This document shows, in pieces, positions 53,723 to 64,000 of a DNA stretch of 64,000 nt; the stretch's first letter is position 1, and each line of letters opens with the position of its first letter. The translations under genes and the position numbers were made by a program. Below the pieces are notes generated by a model. That model made no database searches, was not told the origin of the DNA, and saw only the letters and a program-made list of their open reading frames with translations. The stretch lies in IMG/VR virus record IMGVR_UViG_3300047499_000113, positions 62,001 to 126,000 of that record; one strand, given 5' to 3'.

Positions 53723-54481
53723 CTAGAATTGGACATATTCGAACGTCGCGTAGGCTGTTGATACCGTTGCCGCGCCAGGCTTCTCGTTGACGAAGATGAA
53801 GTCAGGGCCAAGCACCGGGATCGCCGTCCCGAAGGGCACAAGCACTTCGCCAGGACCCCCGTGCGGGAAAAAGCCGCCCATATTGAGCTGCGGGAGATTG
53901 GTCGCGAGTGGATTTTGCTGGTGCATCAAATTAGTCGCACCTCCAGCCGCCGTCGCTCCGGCGTAGATGTCGAGGATGTAACAGGTCACACCTGTTGGCA
54001 CATAGTGCTGTGCCCAGAATGTCTGGTTGTCGGTCGCCGCAATAGATCCCCAAGCGCCTCCGGTACCGCCCGTGTTAACATCGATGCTAATAGTGCCGAC
54101 GTTGCCACCAGTCGTCCCCGTCATTGTGACCAACATGGCCTCGATGAACGCGATGGTGGTGCTCACGGTATTCACGGCCGTCGTGCCATTCATCGTCACG
54201 ACTTCTTGATTGAGCGTAAAGGTTGTATCGAGGTAGCTGACCGTGACCTGTTGGGCTCCCGTCCCCGCCGAGGCATCGTTCACACTCGAAGAGACAAGGC
54301 TGCGTTGGGCGTTGGCCCCCTGAGGCGCGTATACCGTGGCGCGAACGACCTTCCCACCCGTACCGGACGTGCCGACGTAACCAACGGCAACACCTCGAGT
54401 CGCACTCGGGGGCAGTCCGCCAATCCTGGCAAGATCGAGAGTTGTGAGCGCTTGCGTGCCGTCGAGTAGTCCAAGACCCAT
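53723..54481 (-). CDS. Fibre/appendage-like beta-rich virion protein
   Basis: SSSVNDASAGTGAQQVTV...VTMNGTTAVNT...DNQTF..HYVPTGVTCYI; paralogue of the C-terminal half of 54484..55920. Confidence 0.6.
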   Translation of the reverse strand: MGLGLLDGTQALTTLDLARIGGLPPSATRGVAVGYVGTSGTGGKVVRATVYAPQGANAQRSLVSSSVNDASAGTGAQQVTVSYLDTTFTLNQEVVTMNGTTAVNTVSTTIAFIEAMLVTMTGTTGGNVGTISIDVNTGGTGGAWGSIAATDNQTFWAQHYVPTGVTCYILDIYAGATAAGGATNLMHQQNPLATNLPQLNMGGFFPHGGPGEVLVPFGTAIPVLGPDFIFVNEKPGAATVSTAYATFEYVQF

Positions 54482-54483
54482 GT

Positions 54484-55920
54484 TTAGAACTCCACCCAGT
54501 CGAAAGATGCATCAATTAGATTTCCCGAAGTGCTCGCCCTGTAGAACCGAATGCGCGCCGGACCCGCAATGACAGAAGTTGGTTCTGTCGAGCGAGCATA
54601 TCCTCCATAGCGAGCCCCTGGGCCAACATGAAGCGTGGTCTCGGCGGGTCCGGTTGCGATTGGATTGATGACGCGAAGGAGTGTCGTGAATGAACTCTCA
54701 ACTCCCGTGTTATCCCACTGAATGCCGACGATGTAGCAGGTCTTTCCGGTCTGAACGTAATGCATCCCCAAGAACGTCTGATTGTCACCACCTGCGATGA
54801 TCGAGCCAGTGCCGATAGTCGTGATCGTCCCGCCGCCACCCGCGTTGTTCACGTAGAGCGTGATGACCCCTGCGTTCACCCCACCGCTACCAGCCCTCGT
54901 CACTATAAGGCTCTCGATGAATCGGTAGCTGTTCACCGTTGCCACTGCTGTCGTGCCGTTCATGGACACAACTTCAGTGAGTCGGTTCATGTTTCCGTCG
55001 AATCCGACTACCGTGACTTGCTGAGCGCCCGTGCCCGCTGAGGCATCACTCGCACTCGCCGATTTGAGGGATCGAATTGCAGCGGAAGTCTGCTCTGTAT
55101 ATGCAGTCGCAGACAATTGTCCCGCAGAACCCGAAGAATTGAAACCAACCGTGTGGCCGACGTATGCACCAGAAATCCTTGCGACTGCCGCCGCGTAGGC
55201 AAAATTTCCAGTTAGAGCGAGACCATTAACGTCGGTAATAATAGAGCGCAGAGTGTTGGAAGCGTCGATACCTCCAACCATGGCGGCTGTAGGTGGCATG
55301 GCGCCAGTAACGCCAATTGGACCATCGAACAGAGTGGATGGATCTCTAACTTGGCTCGCCCGCATCGCACAGTTCGCCGAGCCTGAAGTGAACGCAGAAA
55401 CTCTGACGCGAGCGTGCGATGCGCCACCTGCACCGACGATCGTTTTACCTGTAGTTCCATTCGCCGAAGAGAATACGATAGTCGAAGCTTTGGAACCTGT
55501 CGCCGGATCGTCAAAAAATGACGTGTTCCAAGTAGTTCCACCATCAAAGGAGATTTCGGGAACGATCGTGCCGATGAGTGTACCTGAAAGAAGCTGGAAT
55601 CCAACGCTCTGCGATCCCGCGAGTGCCACCTGAACCGCTGCATTCAACGCATTCAGAAGCCCAGAGCCTGTTGTATCAGGAATTTGAGTGGAAAGAACTC
55701 CACCTGTGGGGCCGCCAGCGGCACCAAGTCCGACCACGGTCGCATTGAGGTTCGCTGCGGTCGGCTGCGTGACTTGAATGGGTCCCGTCACGCCAACTGG
55801 CATCATGCCGTTTTGGCCCTGCACAGTCATCACCCCGCCCGTGGGCGAGGGGAATCCGGGGGTCCCCTGGCTCGTATCGACGAAGATCGGGGCGGGAGCA
55901 GCTACTATCACCGCGGGCAC
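54484..55920 (-). CDS. Fibre/appendage-like beta-rich virion protein
   Basis: Gly/Ala/Thr-rich; SASASDASAGTGAQQVTV...VSMNGTTAVAT...DNQTF..HYVQTGKTCYI. Confidence 0.62.
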   Translation of the reverse strand: MPAVIVAAPAPIFVDTSQGTPGFPSPTGGVMTVQGQNGMMPVGVTGPIQVTQPTAANLNATVVGLGAAGGPTGGVLSTQIPDTTGSGLLNALNAAVQVALAGSQSVGFQLLSGTLIGTIVPEISFDGGTTWNTSFFDDPATGSKASTIVFSSANGTTGKTIVGAGGASHARVRVSAFTSGSANCAMRASQVRDPSTLFDGPIGVTGAMPPTAAMVGGIDASNTLRSIITDVNGLALTGNFAYAAAVARISGAYVGHTVGFNSSGSAGQLSATAYTEQTSAAIRSLKSASASDASAGTGAQQVTVVGFDGNMNRLTEVVSMNGTTAVATVNSYRFIESLIVTRAGSGGVNAGVITLYVNNAGGGGTITTIGTGSIIAGGDNQTFLGMHYVQTGKTCYIVGIQWDNTGVESSFTTLLRVINPIATGPAETTLHVGPGARYGGYARSTEPTSVIAGPARIRFYRASTSGNLIDASFDWVEF

Positions 55921-56345
55921 TTTGACTTCTCCAGATACTCGGCGGCCATCCGCAACTGAATGGAACTGTCTTTCATCAGCTCAAGAGCCCTATTGCAATC
56001 TGTGCATAGAAGACCACGGATCACGTTTGTCTTGTGATCGCGGTCCACGGAAAGACGGATGACTTTGCCGTTTATCGTGCGCACTTCCTTCTCGCGACAT
56101 ATGGCACAGACTCCATTCTGTTCAACGAGAATTTGATCATAGTCTTCAGGAGGGATGCCGTAATCGTTCTTGAGGTTTCGTCGACGGACGCTCTCAGAGT
56201 GGAGAGGATCTAACCCATCGCGTTCGCGCCGAGTCGCAACACTTCTTTTTTTGCTGGCGGCATACGCTTCTGGATTCAGTTCACGGCTTTTCTTACTCCG
56301 TTCTATAGATGCTGCCTTCCTTTTCTGGGGGTCTTTGTACGGCAT
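55908..56345 (-). CDS. Endonuclease VII-family protein with His-to-Arg change in the DHDH motif
   Basis: TAATG-coupled; QNGVCAICR...LSVDRDH...IRGLLCTDCNRAL; low GC. Confidence 0.85.
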   Translation of the reverse strand: MPYKDPQKRKAASIERSKKSRELNPEAYAASKKRSVATRRERDGLDPLHSESVRRRNLKNDYGIPPEDYDQILVEQNGVCAICREKEVRTINGKVIRLSVDRDHKTNVIRGLLCTDCNRALELMKDSSIQLRMAAEYLEKSKCPR

Positions 56346-59300
56346 TAGATATTCCTGACTTCGGTGTACGAAATGAGCGTGTTACCTGAGTAGGTATATG
56401 TGATCGTCACTTGTCCAATGACGGTGACGCCATCAGAAGCATAGGTTTTGCGAACTTCCTGCGTGACTCGAGAACCCGAGTAGGTGTAGTCGATGGATTT
56501 GAGGAGGGTGCTCGTAGCGTGATTCGTCCAAGTCTCTCGATAGACCTTGCTCCCAGAGTAAGTCGCTGCGTAATCGTTGGTGACCTCGACGGGATCGTTG
56601 CAAGCGAGCAGGAAGTCATTGTAGCTAGGACCGGTGACTGACGGACCGGTTGCTCCTTGCGGTCCAGTTGCACCGGTGCTTCCAACAGGACCCGTTGCTC
56701 CCTGGGGGCCAGTTTGCCCTTGTGGCCCTGTTGCTCCTTGAGGCCCCGTAGCGCCAGTGCGACCAGCGGCTCCAGTTGGTCCTGTCGCGCCTTGCGGTCC
56801 CGTCGACCCGGTGACACCTGGTGAACCTTGAGCACCTTGCGGACCGGTCGATCCGGTAACACCTGGCGAGCCTTGAGTCCCCTGCGGACCGGTAGCTCCA
56901 GTTGATCCGGCGGGGCCGGTGGCGCCTTGTGGTCCTGTGGCACCCGTCGGTCCAATTTGGCCAGTAGGTCCTTGCGATCCGACCGGTCCCGTAGCACCTT
57001 GAGGACCTGTTGCTCCAGGAGATCCTTGCTGCCCTTGTGGACCTGTAGCGCCTGGAGATCCCTGTGCACCCTGGGGCCCTATCGGTCCTGTCGGCCCAGT
57101 GGCCCCGGTAACTCCGGGAGAACCCTGCAGCCCTTGTGGTCCTGTAGCGCCGGTAACACCAGGTGAACCCTGAGGGCCTTGCGGCCCGGTAGATCCTGTA
57201 CTTCCGACAGGGCCTGTCTGTCCTTGAGGCCCGGTTGCTCCCGTAGCGCCAATTGGTCCGGTCGGACCTTGTGGCCCAGTAGCCCCCGTGATTCCAGGTG
57301 AACCCTGCTGCCCTTGTGGACCTGTAGCGCCAGTGCGACCAGCGGCTCCAGTTGGTCCTGTCGCGCCTTGCGGTCCGGTCGCTCCTGTAGCTCCAATGGG
57401 GCCGGTCGCACCCTGAGGACCAATGGGACCAGTCGATCCTTGAGGACCCGTGGCTCCGGTGCTACCAATAGGACCAGTGGAACCCGTGACTCCGGGGCTC
57501 CCTTGGGATCCTTGAGGTCCGGTGGCGCCGGTAGATCCAATGGGCCCAGTTGCACCTTGTGGTCCTGTAGCGCCGGTAACACCAGGTGAACCCTGAGGAC
57601 CTTGCGGCCCAGTCGACCCAGTGACTCCGGGTGAACCTTGAGGTCCCTGTGGACCTGTAGCGCCGGTGCTCCCGATAGGACCAGTCGCTCCTTGCGGACC
57701 GGTGGGTCCAGTCGCACCGATCTGTCCAGTTGGACCATGCGGACCGGTCGCGCCAGTGCTTCCAATCGGGCCAGTCGACCCAGTTACTCCAGGCGAACCT
57801 TGTGCGCCTTGAGGACCGGTGGCACCAGTTGAACCAACCGGGCCCGTAGCACCCTGCGGTCCGGTGCTTCCCGTTACCCCTGGACTACCCTGCTGACCTT
57901 GCGGACCGGTGGGGCCAGTGGCACCAGTAGAACCGACCGGACCCGTGGCACCCTGCGGTCCAGTGGAACCCGTACTACCGATTTGTCCAGTTGGGCCCTG
58001 GGGTCCTGTAGTTCCGGTTACCCCCGGGGATCCCTGAGGACCAATAGGACCGGTTGGGCCCGTATTTCCTGTGACTCCGGGTGAACCCTGCGGGCCTTGG
58101 GGTCCAGTTGCTCCTGTGGATCCTATGGGGCCAGTTGAACCTTGCGGTCCTGTGGCTCCGGTGCTCCCAATTGGGCCAGTCGATCCTTGTGGTCCAGTTG
58201 CTCCTGTGACTCCCGGCGACCCCTGCGAACCTTGAGGGCCAGTGGCACCCGTGACCCCTGGGCTGCCCTGTTGACCTTGGGGGCCTGTAGCGCCAGTGCT
58301 GCCAATCGGACCAGTTTGTCCCTGAGGACCGGTAGGACCGGTAGGACCCGTAACTCCTGGCGATCCCTGCGAACCTTGCGGGCCCGTTGAACCAGTGACC
58401 CCGGTGACTCCAGGAGATCCTTGCTGACCCTGAGGTCCAATGGCGCCAGTGCTGCCTACAGGACCAGTCGGACCGGTTGCACCCGTCGAACCGATCGGGC
58501 CGGTTTGCCCCTGTGGACCGGTGGCGCCCGTAGACCCTATCGGGCCAGTTGAGCCCTGAGGCCCTGTGGCGCCCTTTACGCCAGGGGACCCTTGGGGGCC
58601 TGTACTTCCGGTTGAGCCTTGCGGTCCAGTCGACCCAGTAACTCCCGGACTTCCTTGTTGTCCTTGAGGTCCGGTTGACCCCGTGACGCCAGGAGAGCCC
58701 TGCTGACCTTGCGGGCCGGTCGCACCGGTAGACCCGATCGGGCCGGTTGGACCTTGGGGACCGGTTGCGCCAGTGCTACCCACAGGACCGGTCGAGCCCT
58801 GAGCACCTGTCGCTCCTGTGACTCCTGGCGATCCTTGTGTTCCCTGAGGTCCGGTAGCACCGGTCGGTCCGACATCGCCAGTCGGTCCCTGAGGTCCTGT
58901 GGAACCTGTGACTCCCGGTGATCCTTGAGGTCCTTGCGGTCCTGTCGATCCGGTTGGGCCCTGTGGACCAGTCGATCCAGTTTGGCCCTGAGGACCTGTG
59001 CTGCCAGTGACACCAGGCGATCCCTGAGCGCCTTGGGGGCCCGTTGGACCCGTGACGCCTGGCGATCCTTGAGTTCCTTGCGGACCAGTTGCACCTGTGG
59101 AACCGATCTGGCCGGTTGGTCCTTGCGGGCCGGTCGACCCCGTAGACCCTATTGGTCCGGTCGCTCCCGTGATGCCTGGTGAGCCTTGAGGTCCTGTGGC
59201 GCCAGTGACCCCGTCAGCACCAGTAGCACCCTGCGGTCCGGTCGCTCCTATAACGCCAGGAGATCCCTGCGGTCCAATAGAACCAGTCGCACCTGTGACA

Positions 59301-61048
59301 CCCGGTGAACCTTGGGAGCCTTGCGGGCCTGTGCTTCCGGTCGGTCCAACATCTCCGGTCGCACCTTGGGGCCCAGTCGCTCCCGTCGATCCAACAGGCC
59401 CGGTCTCTCCCTGTGGGCCAGTTGAACCTGTAGGTCCGATGTTTCCCGTAGGTCCTTGGGGCCCGGTGCTACCGGTGACACCGGGAGATCCCTGGGGGCC
59501 AGTCGCGCCAATCGGACCGGTCTGGCCCTGGGGACCAGTTGCGCCAGTAACACCCGGAGACCCTTGCGGGCCAGTAGACCCCGTAATCCCAGGGCTTCCC
59601 TGCGGGCCAGTGGCACCTGTAACCCCGGGAGATCCCTGACTACCCTGCGGGCCTGTAGCGCCGGTGGCCCCGTCCGGCCCTGTAGCTCCAGTGGAACCAA
59701 TTGGCCCGGTAGAACCCTGAGGGCCAGTGCTGCCGGTAACTCCTGGTGACCCTTGAGTGCCCTGCGGGCCAGTGGCACCTGTAACCCCGGGAGATCCCTG
59801 TTCACCTTGCGGGCCGGTCGCTCCCGTGGCTCCGACGTCACCCGTAGGACCCTGAGGTCCAGTTGCGCCAGTCGATCCTTGCTGTCCAGTCGGCCCTTGG
59901 GGACCTGTAGACCCCGTTACTCCGGGAGAACCTTGATCCCCTTGAGGGCCAGTTGCTCCCGTTGGTCCGATGCTGCCAGTCGATCCCTGGGGGCCAGTTG
60001 CTCCCGTGACTCCTGGGCTGCCCTGATCGCCCTGAGGACCTGTAGAACCGGTCGGTCCAATAGAGCCCGTTGATCCTTGCGGACCCGTGGCTCCAGTTGC
60101 TCCTTGGGGCCCAGTTGCACCGGTAGAACCAACAGGTCCCGTGGACCCGGTGACTCCTGGAGAGCCTTGGCTGCCTTGCGGTCCTGTAGCTCCAGTGGCA
60201 CCATCTACGCCAGTTGCGCCTTGAGGGCCCGTGGTACCTTGAGGACCGGTCGAGCCCGTGACACCAGGGGAACCCTGCTGGCCCTGAGGACCCGTGGACC
60301 CCGTGACACCCGGCGAGCCTTGATCTCCCTGTGGACCGGTTGCCCCTGTAGCACCTTGGGGACCTTGCGGGCCTGTAGCGCCAGTGGAACCGACTTCTCC
60401 AGTCGGCCCTTGCGCTCCGGTTGAGCCAGTTACGCCTGGCGATCCTTGCTGTCCTTGCGGTCCTGTGGCGCCCGTAGCCCCGTCGACACCCGTCGCACCC
60501 TGGGGACCCGTTGCGCCTGTGGAGCCGACTGGTCCGGTTTCTCCTTGCGGGCCAGTAGAACCGGTGACGCCAGGGGTCCCCTGATCACCCTGAGGTCCCG
60601 TCGCGCCTGGAGAACCCTGCTGCCCTTGCGGACCGGTCGGACCAGTAACTCCATCATTGCCTTGAGGCCCGGTCGGACCAGTAACTCCCGGAGAACCCTG
60701 CGGGCCTTGGGGACCGGTCGGTCCAGTCGCGCTGAGAGGCCCTGTAACTCCAGAGGGGCTGAGTGAATAAATCTGACCGGTGTCAGTGATGTAGAGGTCC
60801 CAAGGCAGACCGCTCGGAGTGAGGATTTGGAGAGGCGGAGCTAGTCCGGTCGGCGACAAACCCGTGTACGGCACGAAACCGACATAGCTCATCGCCAGAT
60901 CGAGATCTGGCTTCAGCGAGTCATCGTCGAGATAGATATCGACGTAGATCGTCGCATTCGAGACACCAGTGATCACCGCGCCCGCGTCGATGACATTCTC
61001 GAGCGCAGTCTGATTGATCGGGTTGGACTGGTATCTATAGATGCCCAT
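56345..61048 (-). CDS. Giant Thr-rich collagen-like fibre protein (1567 aa)
   Basis: ~105-aa N-terminal domain, roughly 455 Gly-X-Y triplets ([18 protein letters not shown]) with no interruption that I could see, and a ~95-aa beta-rich C-terminal domain. Confidence 0.92.
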   Translation of the reverse strand: MGIYRYQSNPINQTALENVIDAGAVITGVSNATIYVDIYLDDDSLKPDLDLAMSYVGFVPYTGLSPTGLAPPLQILTPSGLPWDLYITDTGQIYSLSPSGVTGPLSATGPTGPQGPQGSPGVTGPTGPQGNDGVTGPTGPQGQQGSPGATGPQGDQGTPGVTGSTGPQGETGPVGSTGATGPQGATGVDGATGATGPQGQQGSPGVTGSTGAQGPTGEVGSTGATGPQGPQGATGATGPQGDQGSPGVTGSTGPQGQQGSPGVTGSTGPQGTTGPQGATGVDGATGATGPQGSQGSPGVTGSTGPVGSTGATGPQGATGATGPQGSTGSIGPTGSTGPQGDQGSPGVTGATGPQGSTGSIGPTGATGPQGDQGSPGVTGSTGPQGPTGQQGSTGATGPQGPTGDVGATGATGPQGEQGSPGVTGATGPQGTQGSPGVTGSTGPQGSTGPIGSTGATGPDGATGATGPQGSQGSPGVTGATGPQGSPGITGSTGPQGSPGVTGATGPQGQTGPIGATGPQGSPGVTGSTGPQGPTGNIGPTGSTGPQGETGPVGSTGATGPQGATGDVGPTGSTGPQGSQGSPGVTGATGSIGPQGSPGVIGATGPQGATGADGVTGATGPQGSPGITGATGPIGSTGSTGPQGPTGQIGSTGATGPQGTQGSPGVTGPTGPQGAQGSPGVTGSTGPQGQTGSTGPQGPTGSTGPQGPQGSPGVTGSTGPQGPTGDVGPTGATGPQGTQGSPGVTGATGAQGSTGPVGSTGATGPQGPTGPIGSTGATGPQGQQGSPGVTGSTGPQGQQGSPGVTGSTGPQGSTGSTGPQGSPGVKGATGPQGSTGPIGSTGATGPQGQTGPIGSTGATGPTGPVGSTGAIGPQGQQGSPGVTGVTGSTGPQGSQGSPGVTGPTGPTGPQGQTGPIGSTGATGPQGQQGSPGVTGATGPQGSQGSPGVTGATGPQGSTGPIGSTGATGPQGSTGPIGSTGATGPQGPQGSPGVTGNTGPTGPIGPQGSPGVTGTTGPQGPTGQIGSTGSTGPQGATGPVGSTGATGPTGPQGQQGSPGVTGSTGPQGATGPVGSTGATGPQGAQGSPGVTGSTGPIGSTGATGPHGPTGQIGATGPTGPQGATGPIGSTGATGPQGPQGSPGVTGSTGPQGPQGSPGVTGATGPQGATGPIGSTGATGPQGSQGSPGVTGSTGPIGSTGATGPQGSTGPIGPQGATGPIGATGATGPQGATGPTGAAGRTGATGPQGQQGSPGITGATGPQGPTGPIGATGATGPQGQTGPVGSTGSTGPQGPQGSPGVTGATGPQGLQGSPGVTGATGPTGPIGPQGAQGSPGATGPQGQQGSPGATGPQGATGPVGSQGPTGQIGPTGATGPQGATGPAGSTGATGPQGTQGSPGVTGSTGPQGAQGSPGVTGSTGPQGATGPTGAAGRTGATGPQGATGPQGQTGPQGATGPVGSTGATGPQGATGPSVTGPSYNDFLLACNDPVEVTNDYAATYSGSKVYRETWTNHATSTLLKSIDYTYSGSRVTQEVRKTYASDGVTVIGQVTITYTYSGNTLISYTEVRNI
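56748..57376. repeat. Exact 53-nt direct repeat within the collagen gene
   Basis: GTAGCGCCAGTGCGACCAGCGGCTCCAGTTGGTCCTGTCGCGCCTTGCGGTCC at 56748-56800 and 57324-57376. Confidence 0.8.
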
Positions 61049-64000
61049 TACACGAGCTCAACGGTCACAACGACCTGGCTAACAGCAGGGGAAACGCTGG
61101 CTGTTTTTGTGGCCTGAATCGTCACTTGATCGCCGGCGTTGACGTTGACGGTGTGAAGCGTGTCCTGGCCAGTCGTCACGTTGCCGGCAACAGTCGCGGA
61201 GAGACTCGTGGTTGTGCCATTGACCTCCACCGTGTAAGTGATGGTGTTTGTAGAAGTGCTCGGCGAATTCTGCATCACGTAGAGATGCTGCAGAGTGCCG
61301 CTCCTCGTCACGCGCAAGCGATAGATATCTGAAGTTGCAGCGAGGCTCGAGACGTAGCCTGGATAGAGCCAGCGCGTTGCAGTCGTCGTCGCCATGCTGT
61401 CGGCGGCGAAGACGAGAATGGTGCCCGCGCCCGGACCTCGAGGTCCGGTGGGTCCGGTTACACCCGTGGGACCAGCCGGGCCAGTTGGACCAGTTGCACC
61501 TTGAGGCCCGGTCGGTCCCGTGGCTCCGATCGGTCCCGTGGCTCCTGTAGTGCCGAATGGTCCGGTGGGCCCAGTGAAGCCCGTAACGCCTGGCGATCCT
61601 TGCGGACCGATCGGACCTGTGGGCCCGGTGACACCGGTCACTCCGGGGCTGCCCTGCGGCCCAATCGGTCCAGTTGGACCAGTTGCACCCTGAGGTCCTG
61701 TTGCGCCGGTGACCCCCGGCGATCCTTGCGGACCGACAGGACCAGTCGGACCAGTGAATCCAGTTACTCCCGGGCTGCCATGCGGCCCGATCGGACCGGT
61801 GGGTCCAGTGACACCCGTTGCTCCCTGAGGCCCGGTGGGTCCAGTTGCGCCTTGCGGGCCAGTTGCACCCGTGACACCATTGGCCCCGGTCGGTCCTTGC
61901 GGGCCAGTGAATCCAGTGACGCCCGGCGATCCTTGAGGCCCGGTCGCGCCAGTGGGGCCAATGTCGCCGGTCGGGCCCTGAGGACCCGTAGCCCCCGTGA
62001 CTCCCGGAGAGCCTTGTGGTCCGATCGGACCCGTAGGTCCGGTTGCACCCGTGACCCCAGGAGAGCCTTGCGACCCGACCGGGCCGGTAGCACCTGTTGG
62101 TCCTATGTCACCAGTCGGTCCTTGAGGACCCGTGGCCCCTGTGACGCCAGGTGAGCCCTGCTCACCTTGGGGTCCAGTTGGACCCGTGGCTCCAGTGACT
62201 CCATCAGCACCGGTAGCCCCTTGCGGACCGGTTGCACCCGTCGGCCCGATATCGCCAGTCGGACCTTGAGGACCTGTAGCGCCAGTAACTCCAGGAGATC
62301 CCTGATCGCCTTGCGGACCGGTTGCACCCGTGACGCCGGGAGAACCTTGCGGCCCGATGGGGCCTGTAGCACCGGTGACGCCAGGTGAGCCCTGCGGTCC
62401 TGTGGCGCCGGTTGCTCCGTCAGCTCCCGTTGCTCCTTGCGGCCCAGTTGCCCCGGTAACACCCGGTGAGCCTTGAGGACCTGTTGCTCCTGTAACGCCA
62501 TCTACTCCGGTGGCTCCTTGAGGCCCGGTAGCACCGGTTGGGCCAATTTCTCCAGTTGGACCCTGCGGCCCAGTGGCGCCAGTCACCCCCGGTGAGCCCT
62601 GATCGCCTTGCGGACCTGTCGGTCCAGTGGTGCCTGTCACACCATCGGCGCCAGTGGCTCCTTGTGGTCCGGTAGCGCCCGTGACTCCAGGAGACCCTTG
62701 TTCACCTTGCGGGCCGGTCGCGCCCGTAGCACCGTCCGCTCCGGTCGCTCCTCGAGGACCGGTGGCGCCAGTCACACCATCAAAGCCAGTAGCACCCTGC
62801 GGACCAGTCGCTCCGGTAACTCCCGGGCTGCCCTGATCGCCTTGCGTACCAGTTGCTCCCGTGGGCCCAATGTCTCCCGTGGGCCCTTGCGGTCCAGTCG
62901 CTCCTGTAACGCCCGGCGAACCCTGCGGACCGAAGTCTCCAGTCGGGCCCTGAGGCCCGGTGGCTCCAGTTACACCATCTGCACCGGTCGGGCCCTGCGG
63001 ACCTGTGGCGCCCGTGGGACCGATATCGCCAGTTGGACCTTGTGGGCCGGTGGCTCCAGTGACTCCGGGTGACCCCTGCTCCCCTTGAGGCCCTGTCGCG
63101 CCCGTGACTCCATCAGCGCCCGTAGGACCCTGAGGACCAGTTGCTCCAGTCGGTCCAACATCACCAGTAGGACCCTGGGGACCTGTCGCGCCCGTAACTC
63201 CGGGTGAACCCTGATCACCTTGTGGACCCGTAGCACCCGTGACGCCATCAACTCCGGTAGCCCCTTGAGGTCCGGTGGCGCCGGTAACTCCATCGACACC
63301 TGTCGCGCCCTGAGGGCCTGTCGCCCCGGTAACGCCCGGCGAGCCTTGGTCTCCTTGCGGGCCGGTGGCTCCAGTAACTCCTGGGCTACCTTGATCGCCC
63401 TGCGGGCCCGTGGGACCGGTCGCGCCTGTGACACCGTCATTGCCCTGTGGTCCAGTGGCGCCCGTGGGTCCGATGTCACCAGTAGGCCCTTGAGGTCCTG
63501 TCGCGCCCGTAACTCCAGGAGATCCCTGGTCTCCCTGAGGACCCGTAGCGCCGGTCGCGCCATCAGGTCCAGTTGCACCCGTAAAGCCATCGGCACCAGT
63601 CGGTCCCTGTGGGCCAGTAGCTCCGGTGACTCCATCGGCACCCGTAGCCCCTTGTGGGCCGGTGGCTCCGGTGATACCCGGCGAGCCTTGATCACCTTGA
63701 GGCCCAGTTGGACCGGTGGCACCCGTGGCTCCGTCTGGACCCGTGGCTCCTGTGACTCCTGGAGATCCTTGATCGCCCTGGGGTCCAGTCGCTCCCGTAA
63801 CTCCGGGGGAACCCTGCGGTCCAGTCGCTCCTGTGGGACCAATATCACCAGTTGGTCCTTGGGGTCCTGTGGAGCCAGTAACCCCATCAGCTCCCGTCGC
63901 ACCTTGCGGTCCAGTTGCTCCGGTGACTCCGGGTGAACCTTGATCGCCTTGCGGACCTGTCGGACCGGTTGCCCCATCAGGTCCTGTGGCTCCCGTCACT
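61048..64000 (-). CDS. Second Thr-rich collagen-like fibre protein, 5' end outside the window
   Basis: More than 850 aa of Gly-X-Y, then a ~125-aa beta-sandwich C-terminal domain (C1q/BclA-CTD-like); TAATG-coupled to the next collagen gene. The Met in the ORF track is an edge artefact. Confidence 0.92.
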   Translation of the reverse strand, partial: VTGATGPDGATGPTGPQGDQGSPGVTGATGPQGATGADGVTGSTGPQGPTGDIGPTGATGPQGSPGVTGATGPQGDQGSPGVTGATGPDGATGATGPTGPQGDQGSPGITGATGPQGATGADGVTGATGPQGPTGADGFTGATGPDGATGATGPQGDQGSPGVTGATGPQGPTGDIGPTGATGPQGNDGVTGATGPTGPQGDQGSPGVTGATGPQGDQGSPGVTGATGPQGATGVDGVTGATGPQGATGVDGVTGATGPQGDQGSPGVTGATGPQGPTGDVGPTGATGPQGPTGADGVTGATGPQGEQGSPGVTGATGPQGPTGDIGPTGATGPQGPTGADGVTGATGPQGPTGDFGPQGSPGVTGATGPQGPTGDIGPTGATGTQGDQGSPGVTGATGPQGATGFDGVTGATGPRGATGADGATGATGPQGEQGSPGVTGATGPQGATGADGVTGTTGPTGPQGDQGSPGVTGATGPQGPTGEIGPTGATGPQGATGVDGVTGATGPQGSPGVTGATGPQGATGADGATGATGPQGSPGVTGATGPIGPQGSPGVTGATGPQGDQGSPGVTGATGPQGPTGDIGPTGATGPQGATGADGVTGATGPTGPQGEQGSPGVTGATGPQGPTGDIGPTGATGPVGSQGSPGVTGATGPTGPIGPQGSPGVTGATGPQGPTGDIGPTGATGPQGSPGVTGFTGPQGPTGANGVTGATGPQGATGPTGPQGATGVTGPTGPIGPHGSPGVTGFTGPTGPVGPQGSPGVTGATGPQGATGPTGPIGPQGSPGVTGVTGPTGPIGPQGSPGVTGFTGPTGPFGTTGATGPIGATGPTGPQGATGPTGPAGPTGVTGPTGPRGPGAGTILVFAADSMATTTATRWLYPGYVSSLAATSDIYRLRVTRSGTLQHLYVMQNSPSTSTNTITYTVEVNGTTTSLSATVAGNVTTGQDTLHTVNVNAGDQVTIQATKTASVSPAVSQVVVTVELV

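Noticed and set aside
56345-64000. CRISPR array or non-coding tandem repeat
   Set aside because: Periodicity is 9 nt with degenerate third positions, and an open Gly-X-Y frame explains it; there is no repeat-spacer structure. The many short ORFs here are shadows.
1-64000. tRNA/rRNA genes, inteins, group I/II introns, reverse transcriptase or DGR
   Set aside because: No cloverleaf, splice-junction, LAGLIDADG or RT motifs recognised by eye; tRNAscan-SE and Infernal would be needed to exclude them formally.

Overview
High-GC segment of a large tailed (myovirus-type, probably jumbo) phage genome. No capsid, portal, terminase or integrase genes lie in this window, so free phage versus prophage cannot be decided. 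Almost all structural genes are on the minus strand. In transcription order (right to left) they are: two very long Thr-rich collagen-like (Gly-X-Y) proteins; two paralogous fibre-like proteins; a glycoside-hydrolase-like protein; a ~11 kb glycan cluster (five glycosyltransferase domains in three genes, UDP-glucose dehydrogenase, UDP-xylose synthase, an FkbM methyltransferase on the opposite strand, a B12-binding radical SAM enzyme); head-tail joining proteins; an actin-family ATPase most like the volactin/MamK-like group; and a 1939-aa tail sheath with large repeat insertions. A ~14 kb accessory island follows (HNH/GIY-YIG nucleases, an AAA+ ATPase, a plus-strand cassette of wHTH/coiled-coil, methyltransferase-like and J-domain proteins, a Tat-signal protein), then tail tube, probable chaperones, tape measure, tube-initiator-like proteins (one with a GH73-like muramidase domain) and a baseplate hub cut by the window edge. 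The best candidate for a new system is a phage-encoded pathway that glycosylates and methylates very long virion collagen fibres. Other highlights are the actin homologue, a PHD-finger/HTH protein, a recurring (A/S)xR(I/V)A(A/S)R peptide motif, and a GIY-YIG gene split at a T7-stop site. All family calls come from motif recognition by eye, without database searches.
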